Shown: in pieces, positions 31,897 to 40,972 of the stretch
Numbering within the stretch: position 1 is the first letter of the stretch
Layout: each line of letters starts with the position of its first letter
Origin: a virus
Taxonomy: Duplodnaviria > Caudoviricetes
Reading direction: 5' to 3' (one strand)
Virus record (IMG/VR): IMGVR_UViG_3300028797_000004
Length of the DNA: 64,000 nt
Notes under the pieces: model-generated
What the model was told of the DNA's origin: nothing
Databases searched by the model: none
The model's input: the letters and a program-made list of their open reading frames with translations, nothing else
Made by a program: the position numbers and the translations under genes

Positions 31897-33717
31897 ATGT
31901 ATAAAATTCAAAGCATAGAAATTCAGGGTCTGCACAATGTGATGCATGAGAAATACGACCTTGATAATTTCAATTATTTCTACGGCAAGAATGGCGCAGG
32001 TAAATCGACTATACTTAATGCGATCCAGCTTGCATTGCTTGGCTACATTCCTGGTACAGCTAAGACCAATGTAGCTATCATGAAGCATGCTAACGGCAAC
32101 TTGCTTGACGTCAAAGCTACAATTACTGACGATTCTGATGCAACAATCGTAGTAGAACGTATGTGGGTGCAGAAGGGTGCGTCTGTTTCGTCCACTACTA
32201 CAGTTACACCTGAAGTGGATCTGTCAACTATCTTAGGTGATCTGTCGGTTCCTGTTTTTGATTTCAATGAGTTTCTTAACCAGTCAGCTAATTCACTGAA
32301 AGCTTGGTTCATTGATATACTTCCACCTGTTGAGTCTGAAGTAGATCTTGCTAGCGAGCTTGAGAAGTCTGGTGCTGATTATCGTGTAACTGCAGCTGCG
32401 TATTACCTTGCTGGTGTAGCGGATCGTATCTGCTCAAACAGCGGTGATCTTATATCTAAACTTCAGGCAGGCGTAGATATTGTCAAAGATGAAATTTCAG
32501 CTATGAAGGGGCAGATTGAAGCAAATCAGAAAACAATCAATACACTTATCTTCTATGATGAGACCTTACCTGGTAGCATAGATGCAGCAAAATCAGCTTA
32601 TGAAGCAGCTATCCTGAAGTCGAATGCGGCAAGAGATAGATTCACAGAAGTGAAATCAAAGCAAAATCTCCTTATACAGCTGGATTCGCTTAATGCTTCA
32701 CTTGCAGAATCTATGGATGCTGATGAAGCTCTGAAGTCTGCTAGAACACGACGTATTGCAACAGCTGCAGCACTTCATGAGAACGAAAAGCTTCAGAATG
32801 AGCTTCGTACAGAAATTGATACGCTCAAGAATGATCTCACAACCCTTCAGCCGATTATCAATAGTCATGGTCAATGTCCGTTTACAAAGTCTGTATGTTT
32901 AACTATTGATGAGAAACGCGAATCGGCTCAGAAAGATTTTGATGAGAAGTATGCAAGAAAAGCAATGCTTGACTCTAAGTACAACGCAACTACAATGACT
33001 ATCAATACAAATCGAGCTGAGCTGCAAACGCTTGACAAAACTATTGCCAACATTGAAGCTCAGTACACCAAGCGAGATGAGCTTCGTCAGTTAGTAGGCA
33101 GTGCAGAGGTAGTGGATCTTTCTGTTTTGGAAGCAGATATTCAGGAAGCTTCACAAGAGATGCTTACAGCAAGGGAAGCTCTGTCTAAGGTAGAAGCTAA
33201 TCACAAGTTCACAGAACTTAGTGAGAAACTCACAATGGAGAAGGTTGTCTGCGAAGCAAATCTCAATGTGCTGAAAGCTTGGGAGAAGATCCTTGGGCCT
33301 AACGGTTTACAGACCACTGCTGCTAAAGCAACATTCAATCAGCTTGCATCAAAGATATCTGCATATCTTACAAAGCTGCTTGGCGAACCTTGTGAAGCTG
33401 GTTTTACACTTACAGCTAAAGCAAACTCGTTTGACTTCGGCATCAAACGCGGAGATACATATGTGAACTTCACAACATTGTCTAGCGGAGAGCAGTGCAT
33501 TTACACACTTGCGATGTTGCTTGCACTTACAGAGACTGCCGATACACAGATGCCCTTTATCATGATTGATGACCTTCTGGATCATCTTGACGTAGCAAAG
33601 GCGAGCGCCGTGTTCTCAACCTTGTATGATATAGCTGGTATACAAATATTACTTGCAGGTGTGCAGCCATGCGATCATCCTGCTGCTAACCAGTTTGTAA
33701 AAGTAATTGGAGGATAA
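31897..33717 (+). CDS. SMC/SbcC/Rad50-like ATPase
   Basis: GKNGAGKST, coiled coil with CPF..C hook, LSSGE, IDDLLDHLD. Confidence 0.88.
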   Translation: MYKIQSIEIQGLHNVMHEKYDLDNFNYFYGKNGAGKSTILNAIQLALLGYIPGTAKTNVAIMKHANGNLLDVKATITDDSDATIVVERMWVQKGASVSSTTTVTPEVDLSTILGDLSVPVFDFNEFLNQSANSLKAWFIDILPPVESEVDLASELEKSGADYRVTAAAYYLAGVADRICSNSGDLISKLQAGVDIVKDEISAMKGQIEANQKTINTLIFYDETLPGSIDAAKSAYEAAILKSNAARDRFTEVKSKQNLLIQLDSLNASLAESMDADEALKSARTRRIATAAALHENEKLQNELRTEIDTLKNDLTTLQPIINSHGQCPFTKSVCLTIDEKRESAQKDFDEKYARKAMLDSKYNATTMTINTNRAELQTLDKTIANIEAQYTKRDELRQLVGSAEVVDLSVLEADIQEASQEMLTAREALSKVEANHKFTELSEKLTMEKVVCEANLNVLKAWEKILGPNGLQTTAAKATFNQLASKISAYLTKLLGEPCEAGFTLTAKANSFDFGIKRGDTYVNFTTLSSGEQCIYTLAMLLALTETADTQMPFIMIDDLLDHLDVAKASAVFSTLYDIAGIQILLAGVQPCDHPAANQFVKVIGG

Positions 33718-33722
33718 GAAAT

Positions 33723-34292
33723 ATGGAATTGGACTTTCAAGCTCAATATGCTGCAGCAAAGGTGTTTGGTCAGCCTTACATCTCTGAGCACATATATGAC
33801 TGCGCGTTTAAAATATCACAGGCTATGAATCCGGACGGAAGCACGCTCTACTTGGGTGTGCTTCGCGGCGGCTACTGGTTTACAACGCACCTTACAGACT
33901 GTTTACCTGATGGCCGAGTAGAATTCATCATAGCTCATAGCTATGAGAAAGATGGACACAGGTCCGAACTTACAATTGATTTCATGCCTACATTTGAGTC
34001 TGATGAAGTATTTGATAACATTATCATCATTGATGATATTTGTGATTCTGGTCAAACTCTCAAGCAGCTTAAAGAAAAGATGCAAGAGTTGTATCCTGAA
34101 GCTAAAGTGCTTACTGCTGCTCTTGTGCAGAAGGTAGGTTCACCTAATCCTGCTGACTTCGCAGCCATTCAAGATACAACAAATACATTCTACTACGGGT
34201 GCGGTATGGATAAGCCTGATGGCACAGCCCGAAACTGTGTTTCACTCTGTGCTGTAGATCCAACGGAGGTACCAGGTTATGAAGGTCACTAA
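33723..34292 (+). CDS. Purine phosphoribosyltransferase (HPRT-like)
   Basis: GVLRGG, IIIIDDICDSGQTL PRPP loop, YGCGMD. Confidence 0.85.
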   Translation: MELDFQAQYAAAKVFGQPYISEHIYDCAFKISQAMNPDGSTLYLGVLRGGYWFTTHLTDCLPDGRVEFIIAHSYEKDGHRSELTIDFMPTFESDEVFDNIIIIDDICDSGQTLKQLKEKMQELYPEAKVLTAALVQKVGSPNPADFAAIQDTTNTFYYGCGMDKPDGTARNCVSLCAVDPTEVPGYEGH

Positions 34293-34728
34293 GGGTACAC
34301 TATACAATGTTCGAGTTCAGAAGGTCATAGAAAAAGGTGTGATTGTAGTCATGCCAGATAATACTACCGAATTCATTCATGTGTCTCGTCTTTCAGATAA
34401 GTACATTTCTTCACCAGAAGCTATCGCAGCCCCAGACATGGAATGGGAAGTAGCCGCAATATACAATGAGCGATTACAGAAAGTCGAGCTCTCACATCGT
34501 ATGTCTGATATTATCAAGTTGAAGCAATCTGATTCTGAATCGTTATTGAAAGCGAAGAAAAATTTCAGCCGTAAGCAACCGCACAAGGTTGATCCGAAAG
34601 AAACTTTCATTCCGAAGCAGCATGCACCTAAATCATTTGATGCTATGATAGCTGACGCTAACAAGGTGCTTGCTGATAAGCGCAAAGCTGTAGAGCATGA
34701 TATGAAACGTAGACCGAGGAGGAAGTGA
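34279..34728 (+). CDS. S1 RNA-binding domain protein
   Basis: V.KV..KGVIV......FIHVSRLSDKYI. Confidence 0.75.
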   Translation: MKVTKGTLYNVRVQKVIEKGVIVVMPDNTTEFIHVSRLSDKYISSPEAIAAPDMEWEVAAIYNERLQKVELSHRMSDIIKLKQSDSESLLKAKKNFSRKQPHKVDPKETFIPKQHAPKSFDAMIADANKVLADKRKAVEHDMKRRPRRK

Positions 34729-34732
34729 TCTT

Positions 34733-35119
34733 ATGTCCCCATATCGAGTTGTTGTCCGCGAGCACGATTGTTCATTGCAGATATATCAAGCGATGCACAG
34801 CCCTGACGAAGCTACCGAAAGGCGTAAGATCTACATACTTCGCAGAGTTCAAGGTGAATTGCTGAACCCTACTCTAGATGAGAAGATAGCCGATAGCTAT
34901 ATCATGGTAGATAGAGTGAATTCCTTGATATGTGATTCCTATGATATTGTGGAGAATACAGCTTTACCTCAGAAGTATGCATGCGTGCACACTAGTAACA
35001 TGAACGATTCAAAACAGTACGCACTTCCTGGCCGCTGTATGCTGATATCTGAGTGTCTGCGCTCTTGTATGCTTGACTATGCAAAGAAAAAGAATCTGAC
35101 TATTACAGAAGTTATTTGA
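34733..35119 (+). CDS. Hypothetical protein
   Basis: RBS; lies in an operon. Confidence 0.5.
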   Translation: MSPYRVVVREHDCSLQIYQAMHSPDEATERRKIYILRRVQGELLNPTLDEKIADSYIMVDRVNSLICDSYDIVENTALPQKYACVHTSNMNDSKQYALPGRCMLISECLRSCMLDYAKKKNLTITEVI

Positions 35120-35133
35120 GAGGATGAAAATGG

Positions 35134-35439
35134 ATGGCAGTAAAATACTACTCATCTGAGACTAAACAGTGCTATGATAGCTTTGTTGAGGCACAAGTAG
35201 CCGATATACAAGCGAAAGCAAATGCTCGTAAGTATGATGCACTTGCTATTGAAAGTTGTATCAAGAGCTTTGACAGCACTAAGCGGTCATACCTGAATGT
35301 GCTCAATGCTGCACAGAAAGATTATCGTAGAGCTAAACAGTCAGCTGTTAACTACCTGAAACGACATGGTGCATCAAAAGAAGCACTTAGTATCATCGAG
35401 AATGATGGAATTACAGTTTCAGTGACTGTAGCTCACTAA
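35134..35439 (+). CDS. Hypothetical protein
   Basis: RBS; lies in an operon. Confidence 0.55.
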   Translation: MAVKYYSSETKQCYDSFVEAQVADIQAKANARKYDALAIESCIKSFDSTKRSYLNVLNAAQKDYRRAKQSAVNYLKRHGASKEALSIIENDGITVSVTVAH

Positions 35440-35460
35440 TATGCAGGAGGTCAAGAAGAA

Positions 35461-36225
35461 ATGTTTGTGTCCGAGTCATTTTGCTCAATTGACGGTGAAG
35501 GCGTTAGAGCAGGACAAAAAGCCGTGTTCATACGTTTCGCAGGTTGTAACATTCGTTGCGAATACTGTGACACCAAATACTCGCTTGCTGAATCGCAAGC
35601 TAATGCAGCATACACATGCGCTGCTGATGTAGCTGAAGCAGTAACAAAATTCTGCGTAGAAGGTGTAGTGAATAACATCACAATCACAGGTGGTGAACCT
35701 TTGCTATATCCGGATGATATCTGCGCTATACTTGACCAGCTAGATCAAACACAATTTGCGTTCAGTATCAATATTGAAACAAATGGCACTATCAGCCCAG
35801 TTGAGTTCATTGAGAAGTACAAGAGGACAAGTTTCGCTCACTGCTTACTCAATGATTTGTTCTTCACTTTTGATATCAAAACTTATTCGGCAGGTGAAGA
35901 TGCAAAGGCAGCTTGTATGCAGGGTGATAGTTTACTTCCTGTTATTGCAAGCTATTCACCTTACATAAACACTTTCACAAGAAAGTATAATGACGTAATC
36001 AAAGCTGTAGTTGGTTCTCGAGAGGATCTTGATTATATTCGCAAGATCTACACATCATGGATCACAAGACCTCATGAGTACCAATGGTACATCTCGCCAG
36101 TATTTGGCAAGATAGAGCCTTGTGATTTAGTTGAGTATGTGCTCACACACAATGATTGTGCAGCATGGCGAGTTCAAATTCAGATGCATAAAATCATATG
36201 GAACAGTGATAAGCGAGGCGTATAA
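35461..36225 (+). CDS. queE: 7-carboxy-7-deazaguanine synthase QueE (radical SAM)
   Basis: ESFCSIDGEG, FIRFAGCNIRCEYCDT, TGGEPLL, IETNGT, QMHKIIW. Confidence 0.92.
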   Translation: MFVSESFCSIDGEGVRAGQKAVFIRFAGCNIRCEYCDTKYSLAESQANAAYTCAADVAEAVTKFCVEGVVNNITITGGEPLLYPDDICAILDQLDQTQFAFSINIETNGTISPVEFIEKYKRTSFAHCLLNDLFFTFDIKTYSAGEDAKAACMQGDSLLPVIASYSPYINTFTRKYNDVIKAVVGSREDLDYIRKIYTSWITRPHEYQWYISPVFGKIEPCDLVEYVLTHNDCAAWRVQIQMHKIIWNSDKRGV

Positions 36226-36226
36226 C

Positions 36227-36688
36227 ATGAAGTTCTATATTCATGCAATGTCTGATGCTAGGAGAAAAATTGAGTCAACTTTGCGTGACGCTACTCCGAA
36301 GATAATCGAACACATTGCAAAATTGATATTGATGCCTGATAGTGAGTCTCGCAATCATTGGGAGAAAGAAATTGTCACATTTATCAGCAAAGTTTCTACA
36401 CTGAAAGGTAGCAATAAATGGCCAACTGCAAAGCAGATATTTAGCTGGACATATGGTATTGATCAAGATCTGATTCAACGACCAGCTTGGGTTAAGGTGT
36501 ATATGCGTAACATTGCACGAGATGAGGGCTGCGAGTTTGATTCAAGTCGAGATTACTCTACCATATTAGATTATATTTGCTATCATTATTTTACGTGGCT
36601 GTCAGAGCAGCTGAGTCAACAAGGCATCATAGATCATCAGGAAGCTTATGTGCTTCTTGATGATTTGCTTGCAGATTATAGTTTATGA
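36227..36688 (+). CDS. DUF29-like protein, paralogue 1 (tag MKFYIHA)
   Basis: HIAKL...SRNHWEKEI; clear similarity to 53196 and 58707. Confidence 0.6.
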   Translation: MKFYIHAMSDARRKIESTLRDATPKIIEHIAKLILMPDSESRNHWEKEIVTFISKVSTLKGSNKWPTAKQIFSWTYGIDQDLIQRPAWVKVYMRNIARDEGCEFDSSRDYSTILDYICYHYFTWLSEQLSQQGIIDHQEAYVLLDDLLADYSL

Positions 36689-36707
36689 GAAAGGGGTACG
36701 AATATCT

Positions 36708-37010
36708 ATGTACACTGTAGACGATAAATACAAAATTCACAGAGAGCTTACTGAAAAGCTCAATCCACTGTATGTGGCTAAGAATACAGATTATGATGAC
36801 AGCTTCGGCAAGAGCATTGATGATTCTGGCTATCTTGCAGCTATTACAAGAATGGAAGACAAGATGAGAAGAATCAAAGCTCTTCTGAGTAAAGTAGAGG
36901 GCAATCAGAAAGTTGCAAATGAATCTATTCAGGATACACTGATAGACCTTGCGAATTACTCTCTGATGCTTGCTACAGAGGTAGAGCTTAGAGCTAACAA
37001 CATAGACTGA
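36708..37010 (+). CDS. Nucleotide-modification-associated domain (DUF1599/MazG-like)
   Basis: KNTDYDDSF...RMEDK.RR...ESIQDTLIDLANY. Confidence 0.75.
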   Translation: MYTVDDKYKIHRELTEKLNPLYVAKNTDYDDSFGKSIDDSGYLAAITRMEDKMRRIKALLSKVEGNQKVANESIQDTLIDLANYSLMLATEVELRANNID

Positions 37011-37155
37011 TGCTTGAATCGTTATAATAATTGAAGGAAGAAAGCCAACTTCCTTTCGCAGTTATTCAGCCGAGGTTTTTGAAAGTATTTACTCGGTGAA
37101 GACCGCTCCTTACATCAAAGTACTCCGCCTGGTGCTCACACCACTAGGCGGGCAT

Positions 37156-37191
37156 GGGCTACTTGAGGTAGTGACTTGGGCAGCCCTTCCA
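37156..37191 (+). ncRNA. Minihelix-like hairpin 1
   Basis: 12-bp stem (one A-C mismatch), loop GTAGTGA, followed by TTCCA. Confidence 0.5.
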
Positions 37192-37254
37192 AAATACATC
37201 CGTTCTATCTCCGTGACGCACTTGTCACCCCCTGACGTGCGTCACACTCTTTCT

Positions 37255-37334
37255 TGGGGTATCGTCAAGCGGTTCAAGACAGCAGATTTTGATTCTGCCA
37301 TATGTCGGGAGTTCAAATCTCTCTACCCCAACCA
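37255..37334 (+). tRNA. tRNA-Gln(TTG)
   Basis: TGGGGTA/TACCCCA, GCAGA-TTTTGAT-TCTGC, GTTCAAATC, CCA. Confidence 0.88.
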
Positions 37335-37684
37335 TCGTTCCAACAGGTAGGACGAATACAGTGATTCAGAGCAATAGTGTGTAAGTGGTGAGGAAGAAAC
37401 GCAGACATGATATACTACACTAGTATAGCTTGTGAGACTGCTGACGACACCCATCTGAGCTCTGACACGATGCAGAATAGGTAAATTACTATGATGCATC
37501 TCCAATAGGTGAAGAGACTCCTTAGCTGTTTGCAAGCGGCTTAAACAAATCTCCGAGGGAGCGACACCCGGGAACCACAGGCGTTGAGTGGTGGGCACTA
37601 AAAAGCCGTGCTAGGTATTCCTTCGCACGTAAAACCTTTGGAATCATGTGAGTGGTCTATGACGCAAGGCGCACTCACACAGCT

Positions 37685-37719
37685 GATAGCGTCGAGGTAA
37701 TGACTTGTCGCTGTCTCCG
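37685..37719 (+). ncRNA. Minihelix-like hairpin 2
   Basis: 12-bp stem (one U-U), loop GTAATGA, followed by TCCG. Confidence 0.5.
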
Positions 37720-37826
37720 ATAATCGAGATAAGTGCCCGTTCGCAGACGTGCTGATGAGGAATCAGGAATCAGTCGCGGAGCTGGTTTGTAGTGGAGTTT
37801 GAGGAACAGCTTATCTCGATAATAGC

Positions 37827-37911
37827 GCAGATGTGGTGAAACTGGAAGACACGCGAGATTTAGGTTCTCGTACCGAAAGGTGTGTAGGTTCAAATCCTAT
37901 CATCTGCACCA
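37827..37911 (+). tRNA. tRNA-Leu(TAG)
   Basis: GCAGATG/CATCTGC, CGAGA-TTTAGGT-TCTCG, variable arm, CCA. Confidence 0.92.
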
Positions 37912-38025
37912 GTACACGAGGCTTCTGACCCATTGAGCCTAGTGTATGATTTTTCAGGCTTGTGGCGTTGTACATAAGCTACTTTCCTCATGTAGCTGCC
38001 GGTTTCCGCACTTCCGGCAGCAAAT

Positions 38026-38060
38026 GGTCAAGTTGAGGTAATGACTTGATTTGATCACCA
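38026..38060 (+). ncRNA. Minihelix-like hairpin 3
   Basis: Fully paired 12-bp stem (with G-U pairs), loop GTAATGA, followed by ACCA. Confidence 0.55.
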
Positions 38061-38144
38061 ATAGGGTTGCCTCCTACTTTAACCTCGGGAGTTGCTCCCG
38101 AACCCCTTTGCCATCAGAGCGGTGAGCACACACCGCTCTGGCAC

Positions 38145-38218
38145 GCAGATGTAGCACAACGGTAGTGCATCAGCTTCCCAAGCTGAGGACACGAGTTCGA
38201 CACTCGTTATCTGCTCCA
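38145..38218 (+). tRNA. tRNA-Gly(CCC)
   Basis: GCAGATG/TATCTGC, TCAGC-TTCCCAA-GCTGA, GTTCGAC, TCCA. Confidence 0.9.
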
Positions 38219-38303
38219 GTAGTCTCTACCTGGCATGATAGATTCGACTACACTTTTTCAGCGTTTGAAAGGTTCTCTCAGAATTGCAGCTCTGAGAGGA
38301 TCT

Positions 38304-38381
38304 CCTCACTTAGCTTAACAGCTAAAAGCAGTCAGTCTGCAGCTGACATATTACCGAGGGCAGCACCGGTAGTGAGGACCA
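38304..38381 (+). tRNA. Atypical tRNA-like gene (central triplet TGC)
   Basis: CCTCACT/AGTGAGG acceptor plus ACCA, D stem GCTT/AAGC, GTCAG-TCTGCAG-CTGAC; non-canonical T loop GGCAGCA. Confidence 0.6.
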
Positions 38382-38420
38382 AGTGACGTTTCCATACAGT
38401 CACTCACAACCTTTCGGCAG

Positions 38421-38449
38421 AACCTCCAGCGAAATAAGCTGGAGGTTTT
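38421..38449 (+). terminator. Terminator of the tRNA island
   Basis: AACCTCCAGC-GAAATAA-GCTGGAGGTT plus T run. Confidence 0.8.
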
Positions 38450-38515
38450 GTTTTATACGAATCGTTAATATTCTTGAGAACATTTATATGTTATTCACGA
38501 AAGGAGTAGTCAAAT

Positions 38516-39451
38516 ATGCAGAAATTTTATAGTAAATATAGACGAGGTGACGTCTGGTTCCTTAAATTCCACACAGAGCGTGGTGATGGCAATGATAATA
38601 GTTCAGTGCAGAAAAAGTCTAGACCATATGTCATCGTGTCTTGTGAGGAGAATAACAATAACGCACCTACATTCAATGTATGCCCGATCTCTTCAAGAGA
38701 TAATGATCACCTTCCACCACATGTATACTTCAGATATGAAGATGGGACTGAGTCTGCTAGAAATCAGCTTGTGTTCTGTGAGCAGATAACTACTGTTTCC
38801 GTTCAAGATTTTCTGAGAAGCGGATCGTACTTCATGTATTCTTTCTCAGTGGAGTTCATGGATAAGATTGACACAGCTCTTGCAGCACAACTTGGTCTCC
38901 AGATTCGTGTAGCTGATATGCACGTTCTAGAGTCCCTCATAGATAAGCTTGCAGCGCAGAAGCTGGAAGACATTCAGAGGTTGAGAGAAAAGGCACTAGA
39001 GTCTCGTGTCAATGATTTAGCTGCTAAGCTTGCACAGCAATTCCACATTGATCTAGATGCTCAAGATCTCCTCAATGGTCTCACATACACTGATAAGGCT
39101 GATACAATCTACACGCCTAAAGATGTGCTTCAGCAGATGAAAGAAGCTGAGGTAGAGCGCACCAAAGCTCCTAAGGCAGAGAAATCATACCATAAGCTTA
39201 CTGTTCCGAAACTTACAAATAGATCCGAGCTTACTGCTCCACCAAAGATAAATGCTGTACCTTTAGCTTCTCCTCCTGCTGCTGAGCCCACCAAAGTTAA
39301 ATATAAATCCTGGACACTTGATATGAAAAAGCAGTTCTTAGACGATTACAAGCGATTGTCACTCAAAGATATACAGCTCAAGTATGATATGAAGAAATCC
39401 ACAATTCAAACTAATGCTTGCAAATTCCGGAAGGAACTTGGTATCAGATGA
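38516..39451 (+). CDS. PemK/MazF-domain protein with a long C-terminal extension (HTH-like end)
   Basis: RRGDVWF...QKKSRPYVIVS...NN...VCPISS...CEQITTV. Confidence 0.8.
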   Translation: MQKFYSKYRRGDVWFLKFHTERGDGNDNSSVQKKSRPYVIVSCEENNNNAPTFNVCPISSRDNDHLPPHVYFRYEDGTESARNQLVFCEQITTVSVQDFLRSGSYFMYSFSVEFMDKIDTALAAQLGLQIRVADMHVLESLIDKLAAQKLEDIQRLREKALESRVNDLAAKLAQQFHIDLDAQDLLNGLTYTDKADTIYTPKDVLQQMKEAEVERTKAPKAEKSYHKLTVPKLTNRSELTAPPKINAVPLASPPAAEPTKVKYKSWTLDMKKQFLDDYKRLSLKDIQLKYDMKKSTIQTNACKFRKELGIR

Positions 39452-40023
39452 CACCTCAAGAGCTGTTTGAAGCAAATCAGAAGCTGGTGTACTGGTGTTT
39501 TCATAAACTTCGATGTCCGGAATCTATGAAGGAAGATATGCTGCAATCCGGATTCATGTATCTATGGAAAGCTTGCTTGACATTTGACCCAAAACTGGGC
39601 AATCAATTTACTACATATGCAGTACCATATGTACTTGGTGGAATGAAACGAATATACCGGGATAATATGCACACAGTAAAGATACCAAGGTCCATGTGGG
39701 ATGCAAATCAAGCTGGTCAAGTCTCGCAGCTATCGCTAGATCAGCCAATTGATGAAGCTTCTGATAATTCAGCGACATTAGGCGATTTGCTTCCCGGCTC
39801 ACCTGATGATTATTCTAATCTAACTGAAGATCTCATAGATGCGTTTCTTGAGACAATCGAGAAAGAGCCTGATCGAAGTATATTTGAGGAGTGGATATAC
39901 AGTATAGTATATGGTGATAAATTAACTCAAGAATATCTTGCAGCTAAATACAATAGAAGTCAGCCGCAAGTGATGCGAGTAATAGCTGCGTGTAAACAAA
40001 AATTCAAGAAATTCATAGAGTAG
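39448..40023 (+). CDS. Phage sigma-70-family factor 1 (SigF/G-like)
   Basis: DMLQSG...LWKACLTFDP..G.QFTTYA (region 2), SLD, TQ..LA....SQPQV.R (region 4). Confidence 0.88.
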   Translation: MTPQELFEANQKLVYWCFHKLRCPESMKEDMLQSGFMYLWKACLTFDPKLGNQFTTYAVPYVLGGMKRIYRDNMHTVKIPRSMWDANQAGQVSQLSLDQPIDEASDNSATLGDLLPGSPDDYSNLTEDLIDAFLETIEKEPDRSIFEEWIYSIVYGDKLTQEYLAAKYNRSQPQVMRVIAACKQKFKKFIE

Positions 40024-40026
40024 GCG

Positions 40027-40623
40027 GTGAATATTTTGAGCCCTGCAGAACTATTCAACAATAATCAAGCACTTGTGCATTCTGTATATCATAGATACTT
40101 CTACCAATATCCTTTGGAGCAAGAAGAATTAGTGCAGGAGGGGTTACTAGCCCTCTGGATAGCTGCTCAGAAGTATGATCCAACTGCAGCAAAGTTCTCC
40201 ACTGTAGCTCATACATACATATTCAATGCCATGCGTAGATACATACGAGATCAGACAACATGTATACACCTTTCAGCTCGTGAGTATGAAAAGAACAATC
40301 CTGAAACATATCACAAAGCTCGTTATTATGTGTCCTTAGATCAAGACATAGACGCTGGCGGAGATTCTGATATCACCTTGCATGAATCGCTTGGTGGAGA
40401 AGAAGATGACTATAAAGGCGCAACGCGCTCGCTCATATATCAATTTATCTCAACTGTTGATAGCCCTAGGGACAAACAGCTTCTAACAGATTATTATATT
40501 GCTCAAATCGAGAATATCAAATTACAACAAAAAGATCTAAGTAGAAAATATAAGCTTTCACAGAATCGAGTTAGTTCACTTATCAAAGATGCAAATAAGA
40601 AATTTCAGAAATTTGTCTCATAA
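40027..40623 (+). CDS. Phage sigma-70-family factor 2
   Basis: ELVQEGLLALWIAAQKYDP..AKFST.A, SLD, QKDLS....SQNRVS. Confidence 0.85.
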   Translation: MNILSPAELFNNNQALVHSVYHRYFYQYPLEQEELVQEGLLALWIAAQKYDPTAAKFSTVAHTYIFNAMRRYIRDQTTCIHLSAREYEKNNPETYHKARYYVSLDQDIDAGGDSDITLHESLGGEEDDYKGATRSLIYQFISTVDSPRDKQLLTDYYIAQIENIKLQQKDLSRKYKLSQNRVSSLIKDANKKFQKFVS

Positions 40624-40636
40624 GGGGAGATGAAAT

Positions 40637-40972
40637 TTGAAGTCATTCAAGATTCTTAGGAACAGGTGTATAGAAGTCCTTGGACGACATGGCTATCATC
40701 TGTCAACTAAACTCAACAATTCTGGTGTGATGTGCGACTCTCGAATATACATCAAGTCCGCGCAGGAAGGATGCATATTCAACGAATACATCAGCGATAC
40801 ACCTGTGTTAACGATTGCATTCTACAAATCGTTCTTGACGTTCACACCTTCAGCTATGTTTGTAGCTAAATTTGATGCAGGTGTTGTTGACGTTATCACA
40901 ATGCATCAGAATTCAGAGTTAACTTGTATGCTGAAAGAATTAGAAGCTGTAGCAAAGGAGCAGAAGCGATGA
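40637..40972 (+). CDS. Hypothetical protein
   Basis: Lies in an operon; RBS. Confidence 0.5.
   Translation: MKSFKILRNRCIEVLGRHGYHLSTKLNNSGVMCDSRIYIKSAQEGCIFNEYISDTPVLTIAFYKSFLTFTPSAMFVAKFDAGVVDVITMHQNSELTCMLKELEAVAKEQKR

Larger units (their letters stand above)
37018..38449 (+). ncRNA. Non-coding, highly structured tRNA/ncRNA island
   Basis: No credible ORF; ATCGTTAT motif at the 5' end, terminator at the 3' end; many hairpins between tRNAs. Confidence 0.7.

Noticed and set aside
37335-37577. tmRNA
   Set aside because: Ends in ACCA but lacks the GGGG 5' end, the G3:U70 pair, a canonical T loop and the typical length
37750-37775. Hammerhead ribozyme (CTGATGAG)
   Set aside because: No properly placed GAAA core or stem II follows
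37096-38386. ORFs 37096-37350 and 38165-38386
   Set aside because: They overlap tRNA genes, lack an RBS and have no protein-like features
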